DNA from: Macrostomum lignano
Lineage: Eukaryota
Direction: 5' to 3'
DNA: 64,000 nt
Assembly: GCA_002269645.1 (NCBI GenBank)
Contig: NIVC01002466.1
Location: forward strand, 1-64,000
A program made the translations under genes and the position numbers. The notes under the pieces were generated by a model that was not told the origin of the DNA, did no database searches, and saw only the letters and a list, made by a program, of their open reading frames with translations. How positions within the stretch are numbered: position 1 is the first letter of the stretch; every line of letters starts with the position of its first letter. Shown in pieces: positions 46,301 to 56,990 of the stretch.

Positions 46301-49139
46301 CGAGAACAGGTCGAGAAAAACTACAGCATAGACAAATGAAGCTGGACCCAAGGACTTAAGTCGTCCTTGAGCTCGGCCATGGGGAACAGATTAATTCAGT
46401 ATAACAAATAGAAAACGCAGTATAGAAAACGATTAATGTATTGTTAGTTAATTAATGTAAAGGTGCTTTTTAATATTGTAGCTGGAATTTTATTAGGTGA
46501 TAAAGTTCTGATTGAAAAATGTAAAATACGACATATTTTACGTCCTTAGCAAGGACCACTATAATTACAACTGTTGTACTACAGTGCAGGTGTCTTTGGT
46601 TCCCAGTTCTGCATTCCAGCTTTAATGCATAATAGAGTCTCTATACGTTGCTCACTTGCGATCGAAAAAGCTTGTTTTAAACAAATGAATCAATGATTAT
46701 TCATTCGCTTCGCATAAAACAAGAATTTTTGATGGGCTCCCAAGTAATGTCTTCTCAACGCACTTTAATTCAATAAAATACAATTTTTTGTTAACATAAT
46801 GCAAAAGTTCTCTGAAAAATTAAGGTGGGGGCGGAGAAAGAAAATAAAATTGGAAAAAAAATTGGGTTGTCCGGGTTTCTTCGAAACCGGTTGGCGTCGT
46901 GTTCACACGAATTAAATCCGGAAATCGCGCAGACGAATCACAACGAAAGTCTTTTCTCCTGTTGTTCTCCGGTCATAAAACTCAATTCCGGGGGGAGGGT
47001 AGTCGTATTCGTAGCAGAGCGGTCGTTGAGCGGCACGGTCGTTCCGATGGTAGACACCGAATATTCTGACACCGTAAAATAGCGTGTGTCGTTTAATCGA
47101 ATTGTTTCTATCAGTAGGGTAGTTGCTGCCACCACCGTAATTTACGTATTACGGAACGTTGAATTCTTAGAGCTTTCTTCGAGATGAGAACTTTTGGTTG
47201 TTTTACGCCCCACGGGCAAATGACTCAATATAAAAACTAAGGGTTTGATGAACGAACGATTAATTATAAATTGGCGGTTTATTATTAGACTAGCAAACAA
47301 TAGCTAAATATTAGAGAGTCTGAGACGGCCTTCCTCGACTGATGGGTCCGGCGTGCCGGGTGCGGGATAAATTTTAATTACAACTTAACGTAAAACTAAA
47401 GTACCAAAGAAAACGAGCGAGAAACGAAGAAGTAGTAGAAGACAAAGACGAAAAGGAACACAACCAAACAAAACAAAACAAAACAAAACACACAGAACAG
47501 TTGAAAATACGGGCACCAAACAGCGCGGTATAAATAAAATAAAAATTCTTCTTGCCAGAGGGCGGGACACCCGCGGACCCAGTGGATGGAGAGCAAATTG
47601 CCATCCTGGAGTTCCTTGGCTGGCAGCTACGCAAAATTATACGAAACAACATTATAAAAAAGGGAAATTACATCGCTTGGGGCAGTGATTGGGGCACAGA
47701 ACGGAGGCAAAACTTCGGATGGGGCAGCGATTGGGGCAGACGGTGGCATGACGTCAAGATTACAACGGTGGCAATTTCACGAAACTAAGCAAATTATCGT
47801 AAAAAAATATTATTAGCCTTAAGTAGAGGAATTGTCATAGACGGAGCAAAATTATTATTAATAAGGTAAATTATGCAGGTGAATTAAAAGGGGGGATGAA
47901 CGAAGGCAACGCACAAATTAACTTCAGTTTAAGCGATCTCACTCAGTGGTAGACGCACTACCACAAAATCACAACAAAACCATGCAGCAATCGCAAATGC
48001 CTGAATGAGTGAATAAAACAATTCAGTTCGCAGTAGAGATGTTAGTTATAGTAGAAAAATTACGAACGAATGCTACGTCTGCCAGTTAGTCTGTGAACTT
48101 TAAGAGCTCATGATTATCGTTCATATCAAACTGTAATACATCGAGGTTTCTCTTGCTGGTAGTGGTACAGGGCCTGTTCTTGCTGGGCTCTAGCTTCGAA
48201 GCAGCGCAGGCCCTGTTGCTGTAATAGTAAGTAGGCCTAGGCCTAATTTATTATACTAAGCCAGACTAGACATGCTAGAGAGCTTGTGGCCACCATGTGT
48301 CATCCATATGACGCAGTCTGACGACTCTGACACCATGCAATGTTGGCCCTTGGCATTGTCTATCAGCTATTGCATTCAATAAAAAGCCTTAAACATTTTA
48401 ATGCCAATGGATAGTGATACAATGCTACTACTAGCCAACTAACACTAAGCCCAAGCCCTAAGCTTAGCTGCCAAGTAAAGTATCTAATAATATAATCTAG
48501 GGAGCTACTAGTTATAGTAGGCATATTTACTTCTATATAGACCCTGCCCTGTGCGGGTCCTAGTCATTTCGTCAACTGGCGTTTCGTCAACTGGCCATTT
48601 CGTCAACTCGGTTTTATCACTGGTCGTTTCGTCAACTAGCCAATGAAGCGATCTCAAACCTCGGTCACTTCGTCAACTGGCCAATAGGAAGTGTTCCAAC
48701 ATTGGTCACTTCGTCAACTGCCAATAAACTACCCCCCGCAGCCGCAAAAAAGTAAAACTGAACCCTGAAATGACTAAGTCGACAGGCTAATTAATATTCA
48801 TACCCCCTGCAACATCTGCCGGCTTTCGATCGATGCGTCTCTGTTATACGCTTGTACATGTACTAACAAAAATAATGCGCCCATGTGTTTGAAACGTGTG
48901 CAGCACGACGGGGTTACATCCCGTGTGCACATTTGTATGTTAAATTTTGAATGCAGAAGTTAATTAAGAAGTAGTACATGTAGTTGGGGAGAACCCGGAC
49001 CAAAGATAATGCTTGAAGTGGCCGGGTCCTCTATTCGCAAAACATACATATAGAAAGCATTCCAAATCAAGCCATTGCATACATGAATGCAGGTCGCTTG
49101 GACGGAACAGGTCGGCGCGGTGATACAAAAGCCGTATTA

Positions 49140-49270
49140 TGGTCACTCGCGTAGGCGATCTTGAAGGCGCGCAGCAGGCCAGCGTGCGCCGCGTCAACGT
49201 TGCTCGAGCGACTTCATCAGCGTCCAGGTCTTGACGTTGTACAGCAGGACGGTCTCGATCACCGCCTCGC
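49140..49270 (-). mobile_element. RTE LINE RT C-terminal fragment nested in the TIR element
   Basis: AVIETVLLYNVKTWTLMKSLEQ..VDAAHAGLLRA, a typical RTE ..VLLY..ETWTL motif. Confidence 0.65.
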
Positions 49271-49863
49271 CTGGAACAACGCTGCCCTCTAGCGGTCAGC
49301 TGTACATAAGCTGGCCTCGGACTGCAGGACTCCCCAGACTACATGTAAATGTACTGTAGCTCAAGCCAGTATAGTGTCGGAACATATTTCAGAGTGGGGG
49401 GGGGGGCTAATGATGGGAGGGCATATTGCTCATAATTTCTTCTAACCTAAGGGCACCCAAACTCTTGCTGCTAGTTTGTGGCATTATGGCATAACCAGGC
49501 CAATATTCAATTCTGTGTTGGAGTAGCCGAAAGTCTAGCTGAAAATGCTCAAATGTTCAACTAATTCAAACATTGCGCAACTGTATACTGCACTCATTTC
49601 AAGGACTGCGCTTAAGTGACTTCAGTGGTCCTTGACTAATTTATTTAGTATATATAGTCATAGATATCTCAAATAAATGAAAATTGCAAGGGCATGCAAG
49701 ACCAGTAATTTTCTGGATCTCTTGGCGCTATCTATTCTTTTAGCTGACGGCATTTTAGTGATTTTGGTTGCAGCGCCCGCAGCGGTTTAATTAAGTCTTG
49801 GGATTGCGGCAGACTCGAAATTTCGATCAGAGGCCCCAAAGGAGAAGGGCTAAATAGCTAAAA

Positions 49864-50460
49864 CAGGGGTCGTCAAACTCCAGTTCGCGGGCCACATGTG
49901 GCCCGCAAAGTCTCTATCCGGCCCTCGGATCCTTTGAATCTTCATAATAGAAATCCGGAGTGCTCAATTTTTGTGTCTCTTTTCAGCTCTCTTCTCTCAC
50001 CTCTCTCTTCTCTCTCACCTGTCCTCTCCTCTCCTCTCTCCTTTCTTCTCATCTCTCACCTCTCTCCTCTCCTCTTCCTTTTCTTCTCCATTCTCTTCTC
50101 CCTTCCCTCCTCTCTCAATCCTCTCCTCTCCTCTCTTCTCTATTAATTCGTCTCTCCTCTCCTCTCTTCTCTATTAATTCGTCTCTCCTCTCCTCTCGAT
50201 CATTCCTCTCCTATTTCATCTCTCCTCTCGATCGTATACTCTCTTATCCTTATTCCTTCACCTCTCGATCCTTTCTTCTACGAGTACGCCAGCTCGTATT
50301 TCTCCTCTCTATTCCCTATCCTCTCTCCCTCCTTTGGCTTGCAATCATCAGGGACTCCTGGGCGCATTTTGCTTAGGGGCCCAGCGAAGCGGACCCAGAA
50401 GGGCAGTCATTTGCGCTAGGTTCTCAATCTGGCCCTGAGGTAAAAAGTTTGCTGACCCTA
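49864..50460. mobile_element. hAT/Charlie-like MITE with CT-rich interior
   Basis: Left CAGGGGTCGTCAAACTCC..GCGGGCCACATGTGGCCCGC; right GGCCCTGAGGTAAAAAGTTTGCTGACCCTA; both ends match those of 62796-63135 in opposite orientation. Confidence 0.7.
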
Positions 50461-52014
50461 CACGTAAAAGCACTAGGCTTAGGCACATGGCCAAGTCTTG
50501 TGCAGCTACATGAGCAGGAATGCACGAATCAAGAGCACGCCGCTGTGGTACTGCACCCAATATCGCCGATCGGTTTGCGCGTCTGCCTGTGCCTTTGCGT
50601 CTGTCTGCTCGTGTCTGCTTGTGCCTTCTTACAGTGCATTGTACATTTTAGTGTTAAGCATGACAGGGAGTGCAATACCTTAATACATGTACGGCATGAT
50701 CGATCGATGAGCGCGCGTGAATCGTGCGTAATTATACACTCCCGAACAAGAGCATTACCGGATATCAAGATTCGCTGCGGGGGCTTCGGTTGACTGTGCA
50801 CAGCGGGGTGGAGGGGTGGGAATGAGGCGCACGCAGTCCACCAATTTTCACGGCTCCATATATAGGGGACTTTATAGCAGTCCTCGACGCGTTTGATAGG
50901 AGAAATACCCATGTTATCTAGTCGCGTGTATGGTCGCATAACACACAAATACTCAATATTCATTAATGCCCGGACGCATATGGGTATGAGTGCGCATGGG
51001 GTGACGCATTTGCATAGAATATTTGCATCGAAACATTTAACCAAATGGACATGCAGTCTGGCATTGCAATTTTTCAATTGCAAAAATTGTTTATTTTTTA
51101 AAAATAAGGCAATTAATAAAACAAGTCATCGATATAACAATAATTGTAAGCTATACAAGATATGCAGCTGTATCAGCTACATACGTTAGGCCTATCATTC
51201 ATATAATGAAATTTTTTTAGTCACTTCGTCAAAAAGCAAATGGGAAGGACCTAGGCATTGGTCACTTCGTCAACCACCAGTAAAGTCGCCCCAACACTTT
51301 GGTCACTTCGTCAACCGAGTTGACGAAACGCCAGTTGACGAAATGACCATCACCCCCCTGTGCAGCTGCACTATGCATAGGTGGGCTTTCTATAGCCCAA
51401 AATATTTTTGTTAAGTTATTTTATAGGCCTATATTAAAACAAAAATCATGCAATTTTATAATAAATATAGGATAATGAAATTATTCCTTCGCTTTAAGCC
51501 TTTATAAATTATCAAATAGATCTATAGCTATAGGCCTATGGCTATAAGCTAAATTAAGTCTTAACATATATTTATAATTTATAAGGCCTATTATTTTACA
51601 AAATCTAATTTTTAAGTCTTTTTGGCTTTATATATAGGCCCAACCCAAGTTATCCTTGTCTTAGGCCCTAAAGCCATTGAAGCTAGGCTATTTTACTTTT
51701 TAATTGAACCAATTTTTTTATGTCCAGTATAGGCCTAAGTATAATATGATAATTTTATGTTTTAGCAATCTACTAGCAATCTTGTGCAGCCTCCCTTTGG
51801 CCTTTGAGCACCCAATAAGCAAGGAGCAAAAATAGTTCATGGAAAAATTAAAAAAGCACATTTTCTTAAACATCAATTCTTTCTTCACTTTTAAAAATCA
51901 CCTTATTGGAGTAAAAATTGTCACGTTCAAAAATGTTTGCTATGAATCTCTTTTTTTCTAAAATTAATAAATAGACAAACAGAATATAGCCTAGATATTG
52001 GGAGAGTCCTTGGC

Positions 52015-52492
52015 TTAACCCTTAGCTTATCAAACAAAGTAATTCTTGGTTTATTAAGTATAGAAATCCTTGGCTTATCAAACGAAGTAATCCTTGGCTT
52101 ATCAAGCGCAGTAATCCTTGGTTTATCAAGTGCAGTAATCCTTGGTTTATCAAGTGCAGAAATCCTTTGTTTATCAAGTGCAATAATCCTTGGTCTATCA
52201 AGTGCAGTAATCCTTGGTTTATCAAGTGCAGTAATCCTTGGTTTATCAAGCACAGTAATCTTTGGCTTATCAAGTGCAGTAATTATTGGTTTATCAAGTG
52301 CAATAATCCTTGGTTTATCAAGTGCAATAATCCTTGGTTTATCAAGCACAGTAATCTTTGGCTTATCAAGTGCAGTAATTCTTGGTTTATCAAGTGCAAT
52401 AATCCTTGGTTTATCAAACACAGTAATCCTTGGCTTATCAAGCAAAGTAATCCTTGGTTTATCAAGTGTAGAAATCCTTGGTTTATCAAGCA
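52015..52492. repeat. 24-bp minisatellite
   Basis: ATCCTTGGTTTATCAAGTGCAGTA tandem copies. Confidence 0.95.
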
Positions 52493-53289
52493 CATAAAAA
52501 GAAAATTTCACTACTTTTATACTATTTATACTCTTTTATACTAGTAAGATTCAAATCCAGGTCGCTGCATTAGTAGTCCAATCTGTTTACCTCTAGTCTA
52601 GCTCTCATTGAATTTATAAATGAATTTGTAGCACTTATAATTCAACACTCACACTAAGTCAATTTAGTAAAAGTTATACAAAGCAGCTATGGCATAATTA
52701 ATTTCTTAGGCAAGTCAGTACCAGTTTCTGTTAAAGTTAGCAATGTGGTTACACAATATAAATCAAGTTATGGGCTATGCTTCCACACTGCATTTTCAAT
52801 ACTGTGATGTAATTCAATTCAGTGTCAAAATTCAGCTAGTATACATACAATAAATAAAAAGCCTGGTGTGATGTCATTTCAGAATTAGAATTCAACCAGT
52901 CAGTTTTTTCTCTAGCATTTTTACAATGCATTTCAATTTGAAAGAGCTGCTTGACCCTTGCAAAAAAGCATGTTTTTTATATTTAATCCCTTTGACATTA
53001 AGCAATTTCTTAGCCAAGATGCATGTACCATCACAGAAAAATTTCTGATCGAACAGTGCAAGTTCAAACAAAATTGGTTAAGCCATTTTTGCTAAAAATT
53101 GATTTGCATACCCACAGACAAACCATTTTTAATAGTATATTTAGATAGATAGACTAGCAATCTTCACCCCCCCTTGATGGGGGACATCTAGATAGAATCC
53201 CTGTTCTTTACAAATAACAAATAGACAGCAAAATAAAGCCTTCATAAAAAACAACAGACATTCCCTCTAAAAACAAAATATCCCAAGAT

Positions 53290-53710
53290 AGCAAGTATCC
53301 TCAGACAGCATTCAAGCATTGATCCCCAAATAGCAAGCATCCCCCAGACTGCAAGCATCCCCTAGATAGCAAGCATCCCCTAGATAGCAAGCATCCCTCC
53401 AATAGCAAGCAACCCTGGATAGCAAATATCCTCTAGATAGCAAGCATCCCCCAGATCGCAAGCATCCCCTAGATCGCAAGCAACCCCAGATAGCAAGTAT
53501 AACCTAGATACAAAGAGACCTTATAGATATCTAGCAACCCCTTCTCAGATAGCAAGTACCTTCTGCCCCCCAAGAGCAAGCATCTCCCAATAGCAAGTTA
53601 CCCCAGTAGGCAGTAGCAAGCATCCTTCCAATAGCAAGCATCCCTCAGAAAGCAAGCACCCTTGATAGCAAGTATCCATACTTAAATAGCAAGCATCAAG
53701 CAGCAGAACA
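53290..53710. repeat. ~18-bp degenerate minisatellite
   Basis: ATCCCCCAGATAGCAAGC-like copies. Confidence 0.85.
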
Positions 53711-53749
53711 AGTAGCTAGTGCAACAATTTCCTTAGCTTTATAGTGGCT

Positions 53750-54470
53750 CCATTTTATTTGGCATGACACTTCTTTTTATGTTTGAAACAGTGTCTCTTA
53801 TGTTTGACATGGTGGCTCTTTTGTGTCTGACATGATGGCTCTTTAATGTTCGACATGGTGGCTCATTAATGTTTGACATGGTGGCTCTTCTATGTTTGAC
53901 ATGGTGGCTTTTTGTGTTTGACATAATGGCTCTTTAATGTTTGACATGGTGGCTTTTTTTATGTTTAACATGTGTCTTTTCTATATTTGACATGGTGGCT
54001 TTTTTGTTTGACATGATAGCTCTTTAATGTTTGACATGGTGGCTTTTCAATTTTTGACATGGTAGCTCTTTATTGTTGACATGGTGGCTCTTCTATGTTT
54101 GCCATGGCAGCCCTTTTATGTTTGAAATGGTGTCTCTGTTATGTTTGACATGGTGGCTCTTTAATGTTTGAAATGGAGTCACGTATATGTTTGACATAGT
54201 GGCTCCCTTATGTGTGGTATGGTGTCTCTTTTATGTTTAATGTTTGACATGGAGTCATGTGTATGTTTGACATGGTGGCTCTTTTATGTTTGGTATTGTG
54301 GCTCTTTAATGTTTGACATGGTGGCTCTTTTATGTTTAGCATGGTGGCTCTTTAATGTTTGACATGGTGGCTCTTTAATGTTTGGCATGGTGGCTCTTTT
54401 ATATTTGGCATGGTGGCTCTATAATATTTAAAATGGTGCCACTTTTATGTTTGGCATTGTGCTTCTTTTT
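53750..54470. repeat. 22-bp minisatellite
   Basis: ATGTTTGACATGGTGGCTCTTT-like copies. Confidence 0.92.
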
Positions 54471-55219
54471 TGTTTAGCATTTTGTGTTTCTAAGGTGTTT
54501 TAATAAAAAAATCATTTTGCACTACTAAGATTTGAACCCAGGTCGCTACATTAGCAGTCCAGTCTGTTCACATCTAGGTTATCTCTTTTAAATTGGAGAA
54601 CATGAACTGTTGCCCTTATACTTCAATTCTTATAGCAAGTCAATTAGAGTAAAAATTTATGACATAATCAATTTCTCAGTCAGCCAGTATTAGTCTCAAT
54701 TTAAGTTAGCAATATTGGTTACGCAATTTAAAGTGTGTGCATTTTTTTGACACTGTTTTCAACTTGTTGTGATGCAATCTTTATCAGAATTGAAATTCAG
54801 TCAGTCAAGTTTTTCTCTCATTCTTAAAATGCATTTCAAGTCAAAAATTTTGCTTGAACTATGCAAAAAAGCATGTTTTTTGAATATTAAATCCCTTTAA
54901 CATTAAGCAATTTCTTAGCCAAGATACATGTACCATCCCAGGAAAATTTGAAGTTTTGAAGAAAATCAGTTGAGCCATTTTTTTCTAAAATCTATTACAT
55001 ATCCATAGACAACTCATTTTTAGTATTTTGGAAATGTATTGCATACCCATAGACAACTCATTTTTAGTATATTGGACTAGTCAGTTAGCCCCCCACTGGG
55101 GGCCTTAAAAATGAAACCAAATTGCCATGAATCAAAACTTTCATCAGCCAAAAAAATTTCCTTCATCAGCCTAAAACCCTATCTCAATCAGCAAATAGTG
55201 CTTATCCTTTTAGGCCTTG

Positions 55220-56990
55220 ACATCTTAGAAATTCCCTTAGTAAGCATCAACATTGCAATAATTAAACATCTACGCATTTCTCCCAGCCCAATAAACTTTG
55301 ACATCTCAGCTATTCCCTCATGAAACCTTGAAATCTTAGCAACTTCCTCAATAAGCCTCAACATTGCAGCAATTATACTTTAGCCTTGATATCTTCGCAA
55401 TTCTCCCAGCCCAGTAAGCCTTGACATCCCAACAACCCAACTCCCCTCCCCCCAAAAATTCCACCATTCCCCATGAGCCTTGATATCTCAACAATTCCCA
55501 TAGTAGGCCTTGACATCTCAGAAATTCCCTCAGTAAGTATCAACATCACAGCAATTAAACTTGAGCCTTGACAGCTGCACAATTCTTCTAGCCCAATAAG
55601 CCTTGACATCCCAGTGACTCCCCCAGTAAGCCTTGGCATCTTAGCCACTCCACCAGTAAGCAACATCTCAGAAATTCCCTCAGTAAGCATCAACAGCAAG
55701 CCCAGTAAGCCTTGGCATCTCAAGATTTCCTCAATAAGCCTCAACATCTCAGCAATTCCCCCAGTAAGCCTTGTCATCTTAGAAATTTCCTTAGTAAGCC
55801 TTGACATCTCAACGATTCCCCCAGTAAGCCTTGACATCTCAGAAATTTCCTCAGTAAGCCTTGACATCTCAGAAATTTCCTCAGTAAGCCTTGACATCTC
55901 AGCAATTCCCCCAGTAGGCCTTGGCATCTCAGATATTCCCCCAGTAAGCCTTGACATCTCATTATAAGCCTCATAAGCCTCAAAATCTATATTTCGCCAA
56001 AAGCTTTGACCTGTCAGCAATTCCCCTAAGAGCCAAAGCATTTAAGTAATTTGCCATAAGAGCCTTTAATCTTAGCAATTCCACCCAGAATCCTTTATGG
56101 CTGATACAACAATTGCTATATAATTGAACCCTAACCCTAACAATAACCCTTAACCTGCAGCAGAGTCACAGCATTTCAGCAACTCCCTTCTAGCCCAAGA
56201 ATTTCAGCAATTCTACCATGAGCTTTTGAAATCTAAAACTTTCCCCAATGAGCCTTAAAATTTAGCAATTAACCTATCTTGGCAATTCCACATAAGTCTT
56301 CTGGTTGAAAACTAACCCTAACCTTGCCAAGTCACAGCGTTTCAGCATGTCCCATTATGAGCCTTTGACATCTCAGCCAGTCTTATATGAACCTTAGCAC
56401 CTCAGCAATACCCAAAGAGCCACAGTCTACAGCATTATAGGGATCCCCCGTGAGCATTGACATTTCAATGATTCCATAATGAGCCTTGATATCTCAGAAA
56501 CTCCTAATTGAGCCACAAAATTTAGGCAATATCCCCAAGTATTGTAATCACAGCAATTCCCCCTAGCCTTGAGCCATAGTATAATCTAGATATCCCCCTA
56601 TGAGCTTTGACATTCTTCGATAAGTACAGCAGTTCTCCCCGAGCCTTGAGCCACAGTATAATCCAGATATCCCCCATGAGCTATGGAATTCCCCAATGAA
56701 GTCTTTAATGTTTGACAGGCTAATTTCATTTATGGTTTAACCCAAACCTTACCCTAACAATCTCGGCAATTCCCCAACAGCCAAAACATTCCAGTAATTA
56801 TCCCCATGAGCTTTGATAGCAAAGCAATTTTCCAATGAGCCTTTATAACTCAGCAATTTCACAAATCATAATAGCAATTCCCCCCTAAGCCTTGAGATCT
56901 TAGAAATTCTCCCATGAGTCTTGACATTAAAGCAATTTCCCATACCAGCCCTGACATCTTAGCAATTCCCATTGAGACTTTTATGCTCGA
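55220..56990. repeat. 30-bp minisatellite, clean at 55600-55970 and degenerating outward
   Basis: CCCCAGTAAGCCTTGACATCTCAGAAATTT-like copies. Confidence 0.85.

Larger units (their letters stand above)
48555..51355. mobile_element. 2.8-kb non-autonomous TIR DNA transposon, GGGT ends, 8-bp TSD CCCTGTGC, with nested insertions (Merlin- or MULE-like)
   Basis: Left GGGTCCTAGTCATTTCGTCAACTGGCGTTTCGTCAACT; right AGTTGACGAAACGCCAGTTGACGAAATGACCATCACCC; CCCTGTGC at 48547-48554 and 51356-51363; many subterminal GTCAYTTCGTCAAC motifs at both ends. Confidence 0.85.
52540..55105. repeat. Diverged ~600-bp duplicated unit (52540-53185 and 54520-55105) with a decayed tRNA-like head at one end and a Helitron-like hairpin+CTAG at the other
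   Basis: Shared blocks such as ATCCCTTT(G/A)ACATTAAGCAATTTCTTAGCCAAGAT(G/A)CATGTACCATC and AGATT(C/T)(A/G)AA(T/C)CCAGGTCGCT; the CTAG motifs are 1923 bp apart (53154 and 55077). Confidence 0.7.

Noticed and set aside
51927-52511. 194-aa ORF of DKPRITAL repeats, superficially LRR-like
   Set aside because: Translation of a 24-bp minisatellite whose period is a multiple of 3; no splice or coding context.
55373-56041. 222-aa ORF of EMSRLTGGIA repeats
   Set aside because: Product of the 30-bp minisatellite; it degenerates with indels on both sides.
56120-56770. CCCTAA telomere-like hexamers
   Set aside because: At most two consecutive copies, scattered inside degenerate repeat DNA.
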